Virus record (IMG/VR): IMGVR_UViG_3300048571_000088
Location: 62,001 to 126,000 of that record
DNA length: 64,000 bases
Reading direction: 5' to 3' (one strand)
The notes below the pieces were generated by a model. It saw only the letters and a list, made by a program, of their open reading frames with translations, did no database searches and was not told where the DNA came from. Positions 27,751 to 37,730 of the stretch are shown piece by piece. Each line of letters begins with the position of its first letter. Position 1 is the first letter of the stretch. Made by a program: the position numbers and the translations under genes.

Positions 27751-28311
27751 CTACTCTTGCTTCTCAATAACTACATAATCACCTTCTTGCGTGATCTTAT
27801 AGCCTTCTTTATACAACTGAGAAGTCTTCTTACCATCAATCTTTAAGTAAGCCAACTGATCTTGTATGGGCTGTTCTTGTACCTGAATTACATCAATTTC
27901 TTCAAGTATCACAGAACAGTATCCAACAGGCTTACTTGAGATAGCTAAAGCAATATCTACAGGATTACCAGTAAAGAACCCAATCAGCTCTTTACTTTCA
28001 CCTTCTGGTTTATAATGAGCAGCATAGACTGGAGAAGACAGAGTAGGGATCATCCACTCTGCAATCAATTTATCCTGTGCATCTTGTAGTGCCTCTACAA
28101 ACTCGTCTATGGTTTTGTATCCGCAGACACTCTCACCGAAGAGAGTACACTGGAGTAGATACATACTTTCTGTATCATACTTCCAAGCAACTGACTTACC
28201 CAATATGTGAGTAATTTCAACACTAGTGTACGGTTCAAGATCCACTCCTGTCAAAACACACGTTGACTTCTCATGGTTAGTCACCACAGCAATCACTGAC
28301 TTTGTTTTCAC
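27751..28311 (-). CDS. hypothetical protein
   Basis: 186-aa ORF. Confidence 0.65.
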   Translation of the reverse strand: MKTKSVIAVVTNHEKSTCVLTGVDLEPYTSVEITHILGKSVAWKYDTESMYLLQCTLFGESVCGYKTIDEFVEALQDAQDKLIAEWMIPTLSSPVYAAHYKPEGESKELIGFFTGNPVDIALAISSKPVGYCSVILEEIDVIQVQEQPIQDQLAYLKIDGKKTSQLYKEGYKITQEGDYVVIEKQE

Positions 28312-28327
28312 AGTCTATTACTCCTTA

Positions 28328-28711
28328 CTAAGAAATATCGTAATCGACATCAAAGTCGTATTCTTGTTCACACCATTCAAGATTCTGGATATGATCAATC
28401 AGAGACTGAACAATCGGTTCTTTCTCACAATACTTCAAGAACTGTTGAGCATGTTTCAGATTATGGAAATAACCTTCCAACCGATTGTATTCATTGCCAG
28501 CACAGAACTCACTGAGATAAACACAAGTCTTGAAACCAGCATAAGGAAGTTCACAACGAGCATCAACCGCAGAACTTTCGTAGCCTGTAGTTCTGAAAGT
28601 ACCTAAACATACAACCTTCATAATAGTCTCAGTGTAAGCATCAACATGATACATAACCTTACCATGATGAACGTCTTTAGCACGGATACGAATTTTCTTA
28701 AGTTTCGCCAT
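28328..28711 (-). CDS. hypothetical protein
   Basis: 127-aa ORF, GGAG SD. Confidence 0.65.
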   Translation of the reverse strand: MAKLKKIRIRAKDVHHGKVMYHVDAYTETIMKVVCLGTFRTTGYESSAVDARCELPYAGFKTCVYLSEFCAGNEYNRLEGYFHNLKHAQQFLKYCEKEPIVQSLIDHIQNLEWCEQEYDFDVDYDIS

Positions 28712-28713
28712 GA

Positions 28714-28965
28714 TTACTCTCCTTTACTTTTAGGACAATTTGATTCAATCTCAATCAAATCATCAGTGATTGCTTTCTGTACGTGAGGATCTGCTTCTAA
28801 GTCAGCTAAGAGTTTACAAACAGGGCTAGGTGTAACAACAACTTTAACTGGTTCTACCATAGTTGTCCTTAGTGGGTTGCAAAGAACAATAACGACGGTA
28901 GTAGCAAACAGTGCAGTAAGGACTACTGCTACAGCAAATGATTTCATATTACCTTTCCAAACCAA
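28714..28965 (-). CDS. signal-anchored small protein
   Basis: N-terminal hydrophobic helix, two Cys in the C-domain. Confidence 0.6.
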   Translation of the reverse strand: MVWKGNMKSFAVAVVLTALFATTVVIVLCNPLRTTMVEPVKVVVTPSPVCKLLADLEADPHVQKAITDDLIEIESNCPKSKGE

Positions 28966-29035
28966 TAAAGAATTTTAAAAGGATTCTTTGGAACCTTGAC
29001 AGATCTTGGACGGTCTTTTTAAAACTGATGACAAT

Positions 29036-29077
29036 AAAAAAGGTACTCAAAGAAATTAATCTAAGAGTACCTTTTTT
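29036..29077. terminator. bidirectional intrinsic terminator
   Basis: AAAAAAGGTACTC...GAGTACCTTTTTT. Confidence 0.8.
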
Positions 29078-29082
29078 TAGTT

Positions 29083-29595
29083 TTACAGCTTCGTACAGTA
29101 CTTAGAGAAGCTATGAATATCTTTCTTACGATGCCAACAGTCTACAAGAAACTCTAGATCTTGTAACTCTTCTGGAAGAGATGGATAATGTACAACAACA
29201 AAGAATACATCACCAAACATTATTGAATCATCATTGAGTTCGTTAACAACGTGAACTGAGATATTAGTAACCACTACAGTATCACATTGTTTCAAGAACT
29301 CAATGACAAAGTCAAGCAACTCCCAACGATTCCGTCCATATACAGTATCTTTATCCCACAAAGAATTTTCTCTTTCAGCATTATAATATGCGTTTAACTG
29401 GTAATTAGCGTGTTCACCTCGAACAGGATACGTAATATCACCTGAAAATTTAGGCCAGTTTTGAAATGCCAACGCAAGGATCTTCCTGCATGCGCCGGAG
29501 CGGACACTGCCACAAATCCCTTGTGTTTTTTGTGAAGGAGTGTCATTCTCTTTCAGTCTCACCAGAGTTCCAATTGTCTCTTCAAGAATACTCAT
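29083..29595 (-). CDS. conserved-looking phage hypothetical protein (GIC...W..FSG...YPV...YG..R.ELLD)
   Basis: Motif recalled from enterobacterial phage hypotheticals. Confidence 0.65.
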   Translation of the reverse strand: MSILEETIGTLVRLKENDTPSQKTQGICGSVRSGACRKILALAFQNWPKFSGDITYPVRGEHANYQLNAYYNAERENSLWDKDTVYGRNRWELLDFVIEFLKQCDTVVVTNISVHVVNELNDDSIMFGDVFFVVVHYPSLPEELQDLEFLVDCWHRKKDIHSFSKYCTKL

Positions 29596-29601
29596 GATAC
29601 A

Positions 29602-30294
29602 TTACTCCATGTTTGCTACGGTAAGCATAACGATTGTGTGACAGAAATGATCACTTCCTTTACAGTAGCAACCTAATACCTTTCCTTTCATACTCTTGAT
29701 CTCAGCCTTAAAAGCAGGATCAAATAGAGCATGAATGAAATCAAAGCGATGTTGAGCTACAGCTTCATCAACTGTATCAACTTTAACAGTTCTTGGAATA
29801 CCAGACAGATGAGTATAAGGATTACCATACTTAGATCCCCTTCCTCGGCCGCAGTATATATCACATTTCTCTTTCTTTCCTACGTTTGCCATCAAGTGAT
29901 AATACTTGTCCTGATTAGCTTGCATAAGACGAAGAGAGTCTTTAATCCAAATACGATAAACTTCTGTAGCTTGGCAAGCACTTCCTGTCTTGCCAAAGAT
30001 ATCAGAGAATCCTCGATACTTACGAATTGTCTTCAATAAGTCAGGATTCTCTTGGAAGTATAAATCCCACAGAGAAGAATACAGCTCTCGTACCTCTTCC
30101 TGATTTATAGCTTGTTTCCCTTTGGCTTGAGAAACACTTAGTCCTGTTGTACCATCAGAGAATACCTTTGCAGCTTGGTATATCTCTTCGATTGATTTTC
30201 CATTGTAAGCTTTAAGTCTTGCAAAAAACGCCGAGAAAAGCTTATTCCCTTTCGAACTGCATTCTAACATTGGCTTGAAACCATGTTGTAACAT
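29602..30294 (-). CDS. NADAR-like domain fused to a DUF4326 domain (start MLQHG at 30294)
   Basis: SIEEIYQAAKVF (NADAR EHYYQAxK-like); C-terminal YCGRG.GS.YGNP...KGKVLGCYC...CH. Confidence 0.7.
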   Translation of the reverse strand: MLQHGFKPMLECSSKGNKLFSAFFARLKAYNGKSIEEIYQAAKVFSDGTTGLSVSQAKGKQAINQEEVRELYSSLWDLYFQENPDLLKTIRKYRGFSDIFGKTGSACQATEVYRIWIKDSLRLMQANQDKYYHLMANVGKKEKCDIYCGRGRGSKYGNPYTHLSGIPRTVKVDTVDEAVAQHRFDFIHALFDPAFKAEIKSMKGKVLGCYCKGSDHFCHTIVMLTVANME

Positions 30295-30374
30295 GACACA
30301 TCTCCTAACGATGATTAACAACTCATATACATGATGGAACTCAATTAAGAATTCCATCAAGTCTATAAGCTTAC

Positions 30375-31091
30375 TTACGTTGTAACTGGTTTAGTCTCTT
30401 CGTCATCACCGAAGACTTTATTCCACCCTGCATACGCTTTATCAGATACCCAATTCCACAGAACACCACCTGCAGCAAGAATGTAACTAATGACAAACTT
30501 CAGCCAGTCTTTCCCTAAGTCCCAAGAAGAGTGAAACCAAGTTACCGTACCAGTCTTTTTATCAACTGTTCCGATCTCATTAGTTTCACGATCAATGATA
30601 GCTTCTGAACCATCATTAAACTTCACTGTTACTTGTTTATCTTCTGTATCTAACAGCATAGCAGCAGAAGTAGGTGATACATTCTCACCTTCAGGAGCAT
30701 CAGGTTGTACTTGCTTAGAGTCAATATACTCTTTAGCAGCATCAGTAACAGCATTGCAGTATGAGTAACGCTTTCTCATATTTTCTGAATGCCAAATAGA
30801 AGTACCAGAGAAGATTCCGCTAGGATCTTTCTGGAACCCACCCCCCTCTCCTTTCGTATTGAGAAGAATTCCAGCTTCGATATACTCCATCATACCGTGA
30901 ACTGAAGCTTTTAACTCTGCAGTTAGCTTGGCTCGACGCAAAGCAATAGGATCTTTCTTTGCTTTCTCAAGCTCAGTCAGCAATTCAGTAATCCGAGTTG
31001 TAGCTTTACCCAACGCAGAGAACGGATCAGTTTGAAGTTGAGTGGCTACACGCGCAGCCAATACTTCTTGATTACGAACATCAGTCTTCAT
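30375..31091 (-). CDS. hypothetical protein with a C-terminal membrane anchor (start MKTDV at 31091)
   Basis: GAGG SD; hydrophobic C-terminal helix. Confidence 0.7.
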   Translation of the reverse strand: MKTDVRNQEVLAARVATQLQTDPFSALGKATTRITELLTELEKAKKDPIALRRAKLTAELKASVHGMMEYIEAGILLNTKGEGGGFQKDPSGIFSGTSIWHSENMRKRYSYCNAVTDAAKEYIDSKQVQPDAPEGENVSPTSAAMLLDTEDKQVTVKFNDGSEAIIDRETNEIGTVDKKTGTVTWFHSSWDLGKDWLKFVISYILAAGGVLWNWVSDKAYAGWNKVFGDDEETKPVTT

Positions 31092-31105
31092 GATAAAACC
31101 TCTTG

Positions 31106-31402
31106 TTAAAGGAGTACATACCGTATTACAGGTACAAGACTCACAGGATTGTATAAAGGGATAAAGAGAGGAGAGGCAGATACAACACACCAGAGTCCAA
31201 TCTTCTCCATTAACCAAACATCAAACCATTGCAGTGGTACAGTATGATCTTCCTGATTAAACCATACAAGACCAGCACCATATACTAAGATAGCAATATA
31301 AATATCACCACCAAAACTAGACTGAGGGTCTAGAGGGAACAATACAAACACAAACAAGAACCAAGCAATATTCAATGTAAGTTGCTTACCATCAGCACTC
31401 AT
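31106..31402 (-). CDS. membrane protein
   Basis: Several hydrophobic segments. Confidence 0.55.
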   Translation of the reverse strand: MSADGKQLTLNIAWFLFVFVLFPLDPQSSFGGDIYIAILVYGAGLVWFNQEDHTVPLQWFDVWLMEKIGLWCVVSASPLFIPLYNPVSLVPVIRYVLL

Positions 31403-31880
31403 TTTTCAAATACTCCTTTAATCCTGTCTGATATTTCTCTTCAGTACAGAATACTTTCTGAGTAAAGAGATCTTTATAACGATTTAAGAATCCCTTGTCT
31501 GTACACAGAATGATTGTGCTAGGTACTACAGACTTATACCCATAAACTACAAAGACTAATGAAAGATTAGTATCTGTGATAGGAAGCTTATGTTTCTTTA
31601 GTTCTTCTTCAGCCCATTCGATAACTTCAACTGGAGGAGGATAAGCAACTGACTCACTTTCAATCTTCCAATCCTCAGCCCATGTTGTATCTGGTAGATA
31701 TAGAATCTTCCGTACATCAGGAATAGAATTGCCAACATACTTATTACCTCCAGTCATACAATTGGTACGAAGAATCCAACCAGCATTAGAGAATGTCTTG
31801 ACAAGTAATGACAATTCAATCTCTTTTTGCTTAGTTAGTGTCTTTGGGATCACTAGTCCAAGAATCTTAGGTTTACTCAT
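31392..31880 (-). CDS. degenerate SLOG/DprA-like protein
   Basis: AGWILRT...GG...ILYLP...VFVVYG...IILC is collinear with 32419..33018. Confidence 0.6.
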   Translation of the reverse strand: MSKPKILGLVIPKTLTKQKEIELSLLVKTFSNAGWILRTNCMTGGNKYVGNSIPDVRKILYLPDTTWAEDWKIESESVAYPPPVEVIEWAEEELKKHKLPITDTNLSLVFVVYGYKSVVPSTIILCTDKGFLNRYKDLFTQKVFCTEEKYQTGLKEYLKNEC

Positions 31881-31942
31881 AACAGGAATCCTAAATGGGT
31901 TAAAAGAGGGTACATATCTAGTACCCTCTTAGTTAATCTACA

Positions 31943-32413
31943 TCAGAATGGAAGATCATCGTCTTCGTCTGAGTAGACGCTAGGCGTAGGAGTAGGAGAC
32001 AACTTAGGGATAGGTGCAAATCCATCAGTTGTACTTGCACCTGTACGTTTCTTACGGGCTGCACCACCTGTATACATATCTTTGTTCGCATATTCTGGGT
32101 TACGCTGATCCAGAATATCAAAGCTTTTTACAGCGATGTGTGGCGATGCTTTCCAGTTTCCACTCTGATCTTGATAGTTACCAGTACGAGGAGTACCAGT
32201 AATGGTAATCAGGTTTCCAACATAGATACGATTGTGCATCATGTTGTACGCTTCTTCACTGCGAGGCCACAACTGGCATACCCAAGAATCAACAATTTCT
32301 TGATCTTGATACAATTCCTTGAACATCACTACAAACTTGAAGGGTTTACCTTCAACGTAACCTTGCGTCAGTACTTGAGCGATACGACCTGTGTTCTGAA
32401 TGATAGGTAACAT
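31943..32413 (-). CDS. ssb: single-stranded DNA-binding protein
   Basis: OB-fold G.LITITG..RT..YQDQ.G; acidic DDDLPF tail. Confidence 0.9.
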   Translation of the reverse strand: MLPIIQNTGRIAQVLTQGYVEGKPFKFVVMFKELYQDQEIVDSWVCQLWPRSEEAYNMMHNRIYVGNLITITGTPRTGNYQDQSGNWKASPHIAVKSFDILDQRNPEYANKDMYTGGAARKKRTGASTTDGFAPIPKLSPTPTPSVYSDEDDDLPF

Positions 32414-32418
32414 GTTTG

Positions 32419-33018
32419 TTACTCCTTGAAAATCTGTGGGTTATTACGGATGAAGTCACGAAACTCTTCCATCATCTCTGGACGACGAGAGTTAAACACT
32501 GGAATACTAAACTCAGATGCTAAGTTAATAGCTGTAGCAGTACCACCCGTCTTAATAGAGGTGTCTGCACTTGTCTGCGCACCATCTCGTGTATAACAGA
32601 TTACAAAGTCTACAGGAGTTTCTAAGTCCTGTCCTAGAATCTGAAATATATTACGAGTGTGGGCTTTCTTTGAGAAGCCGTACAGACGTTCAGGATGAGG
32701 ATGAACCATCTTAACGTACTCTTCAGCTTCCTTTTGTTTCTCTACTCCGTCGGTAACCAGATACGTACCATTCAGTAATCCAACACGTTTCATGTTGAAT
32801 CCCTCTTCTGGAAGATATATTTCCAGTTGAGTAGGTAATGCAACACCACCTTGAATTGCATGATGAGCACCAGATTGGCAGTAGAAATCACAGCCAGTAG
32901 CATTACCAGAGCGAAGCGTACCACCTTGAGTTACCAGTTTTTCACTGATAGACATCAAATGATGAAGATGCAACTCTGATACACCTTCACGGTTTCCAAT
33001 ACCTGCGAAACTGAACAT
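32419..33018 (-). CDS. SLOG-superfamily (DprA/Smf-like) protein
   Basis: FAGIGNR, LRSGNATGCD, RNIFQILG, VDFVICYT, GGTATAI. Confidence 0.85.
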   Translation of the reverse strand: MFSFAGIGNREGVSELHLHHLMSISEKLVTQGGTLRSGNATGCDFYCQSGAHHAIQGGVALPTQLEIYLPEEGFNMKRVGLLNGTYLVTDGVEKQKEAEEYVKMVHPHPERLYGFSKKAHTRNIFQILGQDLETPVDFVICYTRDGAQTSADTSIKTGGTATAINLASEFSIPVFNSRRPEMMEEFRDFIRNNPQIFKE

Positions 33019-33160
33019 TAGAAATCTCCTTGGATTGAGTCAAGTTCATCTAGATCTTCAATCCTTTGTTTATCTTTAGGTGTCATATCGGAATTAGACA
33101 CCTGTATGATGTTACTGCAAATCACAACAATAATGAAGATGACAGCAACGATTGTTCTCA

Positions 33161-33409
33161 TCACATCACCTTTACAATATCATGATTCTGTGTACCATAA
33201 TGATGAGTAAGCTTCTCAGTATAAGAACGCTTAGTACCATCTTCGAAACTCAGACTTACCGTATAAAACTGATTACTATGCTTTCCAACCGCTGCCACTT
33301 TCTTTTTCTTACCGTTACCAAACACAACGGTACTACCACGTTTAACTGCCATCATAATAGGCTCCTTGACAAACAATAAGAATGGTGGTGTGTGAGCATA
33401 AGTACTCAC
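33161..33409 (-). CDS. small basic protein
   Basis: Likely start MAVKRG. Confidence 0.55.
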   Translation of the reverse strand: MSTYAHTPPFLLFVKEPIMMAVKRGSTVVFGNGKKKKVAAVGKHSNQFYTVSLSFEDGTKRSYTEKLTHHYGTQNHDIVKVM

Positions 33410-33425
33410 ACACCATGTTACTTTT

Positions 33426-33803
33426 CTAGAAGAACCAACGCTTGACTAGTGCTTTCTGAATGCGAGTAGACAGCTTATTATAATGCGCGAAGCTGACCCA
33501 GGCATTGATAAAACTGCTAGCTGTCTTCTCGCAGCTCATCAGAAACTCTGAAATGAATAGATCGCTAATGAGGATCTCTGCTTCTGTTCCAGCACTACCA
33601 TCTACCAAAGTAACCGTCATTACTTTGTTTTCGAAGATCTTACCTTCTTCAACAAAGAATTCATAGATAGGAGGAAGTTCAGAGGGATTGAAAGGAGAAT
33701 CATTTGACTTGGTAGCCAACTCAGATGCATTGATCTCATCTGCCAGACGGCTAATAAGGGAGTGAACTGCTGCGACAGTCGAACGGGCGATTTGGATTTT
33801 CAT
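33426..33803 (-). CDS. hypothetical protein
   Basis: 125-aa ORF, AAGGA SD. Confidence 0.65.
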   Translation of the reverse strand: MKIQIARSTVAAVHSLISRLADEINASELATKSNDSPFNPSELPPIYEFFVEEGKIFENKVMTVTLVDGSAGTEAEILISDLFISEFLMSCEKTASSFINAWVSFAHYNKLSTRIQKALVKRWFF

Positions 33804-33814
33804 GATAACTTTCC

Positions 33815-34144
33815 TTACAGGGTGATGGTGTTTTGGTTGTTAAGGTCGCTGCATACAACATGAGCAACACAATAACAAACCAGTTCAGTGATGGTACGTT
33901 TCACAACATGACGAATCATCTTTTTCTGCTTGTACGCTTCGTAGGTCTTTACAGCTTCCAGACCGGTACTCAGCACAAATGCAGACTTATGCCATCCTTT
34001 CTGATGTAACATAATTCCAGAAAGTGTTGCAATTTTGTGATTCCCTGCTAATTGAGTCACAAGGAATAACCGGTTTGTTGTAACGCTTTTTTCAATAATG
34101 CTCATAACTTCACTCTTTTGAAAATAGTTCAGGTAGGGTAGCAC
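33815..34144 (-). CDS. hypothetical protein
   Basis: 109-aa ORF. Confidence 0.6.
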   Translation of the reverse strand: MLPYLNYFQKSEVMSIIEKSVTTNRLFLVTQLAGNHKIATLSGIMLHQKGWHKSAFVLSTGLEAVKTYEAYKQKKMIRHVVKRTITELVCYCVAHVVCSDLNNQNTITL

Positions 34145-34252
34145 CAGAACACAGTGTTTAAACGAAAATAACCAAAAAGAGCCTTGTAAGCATTTGATCC
34201 TAAAGAAGAATAAAACACTAATTTAACTCTTTCTGATCCTCTCACTAACTTT

Positions 34253-34639
34253 TTATACGACTGTCTTAAGTTTGTCTCGACAGTAACTCAATACCAAACA
34301 GGAGTGAGTATCAAGCTTGACATTAGAATCTTGAATCATACAAAGAGACTCTAATGCAGCTTCAACACACTCAATTGCATTCTTCTGCTTCATCAGCTTA
34401 CTACCTGAAGAAGAAAAGATTTCGTACACACCCTTCTGGATGATAGAAAGATGATACTTGAGGTCATTTAGTGACATTGTCTGGATATTGGTACGAACAT
34501 ACGTACCTGCACGATGCAGCATATTCAGGTTGGTGTACTCTTTGTTGTTCTTCTCAAGTTCAACCCAAGTTTCAAACAAAGATGCTAGACCTTCACTCCA
34601 GTCTAACTGAGTACCTTTTAGTTTCACTGTAGCATTCAT
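34253..34639 (-). CDS. hypothetical protein
   Basis: 128-aa ORF. Confidence 0.65.
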   Translation of the reverse strand: MNATVKLKGTQLDWSEGLASLFETWVELEKNNKEYTNLNMLHRAGTYVRTNIQTMSLNDLKYHLSIIQKGVYEIFSSSGSKLMKQKNAIECVEAALESLCMIQDSNVKLDTHSCLVLSYCRDKLKTVV

Positions 34640-34944
34640 GCTTTGTTCTCCTTGTTTACTTCAGCACGAGCAAAACCAGCATAGTGCCCGTACTTAAACT
34701 TCTTTTTGAATCGCCCTGTGTTCTGATTTGCTACACGCAGTTGCTCAACGTAGAAAGAATCATCGTGTGGCTTGAAAGGAAGCTCACTTTTACTTTTCTT
34801 TGCACCTGGATCAAATGGTTGATCATATGCGTACCGTTCTTTAGATTCTTCTTCCACATAACGAGGAACAGGTTCTGAAGGGTACAGTTCAACAGAGGAT
34901 TCAAGATCGTCTGCGATTTTGCGTGCTAAGTCTTTAATGTTCAT
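34636..34944 (-). CDS. hypothetical protein (start MNIKDL at 34944)
   Basis: Leader AGGAGTTGCATCATG. Confidence 0.65.
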   Translation of the reverse strand: MNIKDLARKIADDLESSVELYPSEPVPRYVEEESKERYAYDQPFDPGAKKSKSELPFKPHDDSFYVEQLRVANQNTGRFKKKFKYGHYAGFARAEVNKENKA

Positions 34945-35015
34945 GATGCAACTCCTAATGTGCATACTAAGGGAATGAAGGTTTTAGAAGAGATCCTTCA
35001 ACTCTTAAATCTAAA

Positions 35016-35573
35016 TCAGTACTGAGATAGCAGATTAGCAATCCGGTGATTTAACACCTGAATAACTTTCCGCTCAGTTACAGAAAACTGCATGGATACC
35101 AGCCATTCAGTTACAGCTTTCAATCCCATTTTCTGTACTGCATACATGTCAGCTTCCAATTCATTCTGGAAGTACAGACCTTTACCTGTCTTAATCTCGT
35201 CTTGACTAGGACGGAGTTGAGAATTCAGGTAATGCCGAGCATTGATATGACCCATTTCATGGAAGTATACAACCTTCTTGAAAGTTTCATTCCAATCTAA
35301 GAATGCCTGATTAATAACAATCGCAAAGACAGGCTCTTGTGTTGCTGGATTGTACAACGCTACCTGAAGTGCATTTGGAACACGAGGATGTAAACCAAGA
35401 GCACCTGTCACCAGAAAATCATTCTGATACACATTGACACCTTCGAACATCTCTACAACAGAAGACTCGCGAATAACACTAGTAAAGTCTTTCTGTTTGA
35501 GTTGCGCCATTGTCGTTTGAATTTCAATAGTATCTTTGAAATTCCGTACCAACTTGGTAATAAAGTTCATCAT
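35016..35573 (-). CDS. putative zinc metallopeptidase (M48-like)
   Basis: HEMGH (HExxH) and downstream ELEAD. Confidence 0.75.
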   Translation of the reverse strand: MMNFITKLVRNFKDTIEIQTTMAQLKQKDFTSVIRESSVVEMFEGVNVYQNDFLVTGALGLHPRVPNALQVALYNPATQEPVFAIVINQAFLDWNETFKKVVYFHEMGHINARHYLNSQLRPSQDEIKTGKGLYFQNELEADMYAVQKMGLKAVTEWLVSMQFSVTERKVIQVLNHRIANLLSQY

Positions 35574-35839
35574 GCTTCTCCTAATAGAGCAGTGATTGTG
35601 GCTTCAAGGTTTGTTATGCCACCAGAAATCCGTATATAACACTCATGTGAGCTATACAGATCTTCAGTGGCATGACGAGTAAACTTAGTACATGCAATGA
35701 TAGCACTGTAAGTACCAGTTCGTTTCTTACCTACAGCGTCTTGATCAGTAAGGAAAGTAAACCGACACATTCCTTTGTACTTCCTCATCAACTTATGAGT
35801 TAAAGCTGATCGTACACCTACTACAAGAATGTGTTTCAT
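35570..35839 (-). CDS. small Rossmann-fold protein, DUF2325-like (start MKHILVVG at 35839)
   Basis: ILVVG...AIIACTKFTRH...GGITNL pattern. Confidence 0.55.
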   Translation of the reverse strand: MKHILVVGVRSALTHKLMRKYKGMCRFTFLTDQDAVGKKRTGTYSAIIACTKFTRHATEDLYSSHECYIRISGGITNLEATITALLGEA

Positions 35840-35859
35840 TTGTCTTCCCTTCCTGTATC

Positions 35860-36111
35860 TTACATACCTAATAGGTAACGTAATAATGCTTCTTTGACAC
35901 ACTCTTGAAATAGAGTACGCCCCCAGTTTGTCTTACTTTCAGCTACACGAATCAAAATTTCTTTCAATTCAGTGTCTAAGTCCTCCCAGTAAGGATTCTT
36001 CAGTGTTTCCAAAGCTACAGTACGATTAAATGTCGCTCCACAACTTGCTACCTGTTCAAGAAACAACAAGTAGAACTCACGACGTGTTTCTTGAATCTCT
36101 TTCATACTCAT
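35860..36111 (-). CDS. hypothetical protein
   Basis: 83-aa ORF, leader AGGAGTTGTATCATG. Confidence 0.65.
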   Translation of the reverse strand: MSMKEIQETRREFYLLFLEQVASCGATFNRTVALETLKNPYWEDLDTELKEILIRVAESKTNWGRTLFQECVKEALLRYLLGM

Positions 36112-36178
36112 GATACAACTCCTAATAGAACATCACACACATATGTACCCCATAAGAGAGATACATAAGTTTGGGATG

Positions 36179-36625
36179 TTATTTAAGTTTCTTGTGCATT
36201 ACCTTAGCTACTTTCATAGCATCTTTGTAACGCAAGAACAACAAACCATTCTCTAATAAATGAGCATACACCGGATCACCCGGATTCACACAGACCTGAG
36301 TAAAGAAAGCATTCTGATCCCAAATCTCTTTGGTTGGTAGCTTAGGTGTGTAGACAAATACAATTGACTTACCTAGTACCGTATCCTTAGTGATTGGAGC
36401 GATGACAGTGCCACCGTCTCCAATGTAAGCTGTCTTAGGTTGTGTCTCGTAGCACACAAGATCACAACCATCTGAAATCTGAGCTAACAGACTCTCAATC
36501 GTCTTGACCTCTGTGTACTCCTTCTTCTTTGTAGGCCGAATCCACAGTTTAAACTCACTACTGGATAACCACAATGTGATCTGCTCTTTGTGTTTAGCAA
36601 AAAGCTCGCGTTTTGAAAGTGCCAT
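36179..36625 (-). CDS. hypothetical protein (dispersed paralog family)
   Basis: VIAPIT...LLENGLLFL...DAMKVA. Confidence 0.7.
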   Translation of the reverse strand: MALSKRELFAKHKEQITLWLSSSEFKLWIRPTKKKEYTEVKTIESLLAQISDGCDLVCYETQPKTAYIGDGGTVIAPITKDTVLGKSIVFVYTPKLPTKEIWDQNAFFTQVCVNPGDPVYAHLLENGLLFLRYKDAMKVAKVMHKKLK

Positions 36626-36697
36626 GATGCAACTCCTCTGAGAAATTCCTTTATTATTGATACCATTTCCTAAGAAGATAGTACCAATGTAAAAGAA

Positions 36698-36946
36698 CTA
36701 GGTTGTATGATCGTCGTTGATAATCTGGCGAAGAAGGTGCATAACTGTCTCACACTCTTCTCGTGTCAGTTTCCCAATGATCATCGGATTTGCCGGTACG
36801 GTAACCCGGCAAATATACATCCGAATGCTACCGTCACCACGTTCAGTAAGGCTCCAATCAATGATGTGATTGAAAGCATAATTGAATGGACGACCAAACT
36901 CTTTTTTCCAGAGTTCATTCAACTTACGAATCGATTCTTCACGCAT
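36698..36946 (-). CDS. hypothetical protein
   Basis: 82-aa ORF, AGGAG SD. Confidence 0.6.
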   Translation of the reverse strand: MREESIRKLNELWKKEFGRPFNYAFNHIIDWSLTERGDGSIRMYICRVTVPANPMIIGKLTREECETVMHLLRQIINDDHTT

Positions 36947-37021
36947 TATCGCTCTCCTTATTGAGCAGTAGAAAAACCTTTACTGTTGCTACCCTACTGT
37001 AAGAGTAGCAATATAAAGATT

Positions 37022-37471
37022 CTATTTACGGTGAATACGATCTTCATCGTACTGTCGCTGTACTACTTGCGCAATGTATTCAAGATCTACACTAGGAAGT
37101 AATTCAGAAACATGTATAACAACATCATTAACTGTTGCACGAGACATACAGTCAAACATGAAGTCAGCATATTCAAGTTGAATACTAACCTCAAGGATGC
37201 GATTCATACTCTGTTCTAGACTCAATGAAGTATCTACAACAATAGGTACTAACAGCCGATGTATGTGACGTTCGACTGCAATAATACCCATCCGGTTTTC
37301 AGCTACGTTCGAGATTCCTTTGTCGAACCATTTCAAACCAAACCAACCTTGTTTGGCAACCCAGCCTACAACATCAGTCGTTCCTTCGGCTTCATTGTAC
37401 CAGCTACCATTTGAGAATTTTTGTACTGGATTCTCAACCAGTTTCGTGTACAACTCAATCATTTTGTTCAT
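37022..37471 (-). CDS. hypothetical protein
   Basis: 149-aa ORF. Confidence 0.65.
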   Translation of the reverse strand: MNKMIELYTKLVENPVQKFSNGSWYNEAEGTTDVVGWVAKQGWFGLKWFDKGISNVAENRMGIIAVERHIHRLLVPIVVDTSLSLEQSMNRILEVSIQLEYADFMFDCMSRATVNDVVIHVSELLPSVDLEYIAQVVQRQYDEDRIHRK

Positions 37472-37730
37472 TGTTTCATCCCCTTACGGATATAAAGAAA
37501 TACAACCAGACTCACAGACATAACCACACAGGCTGTCATGAAAAAGCACAGGAATAGTCCAATACCAATCAACTCAAGAATCGTCATCTCTTAACTCCAA
37601 ATCAAAGTCGATAATGTAAAGCTCATCCCTAGTACAAACAGGATAGCCAGCCATAACACCACTTGAGAATGAAACGCAGACTCATAAAGTCTTTGTTCCT
37701 TCTCAAACTTATACAGTTCAATCAAATCCA

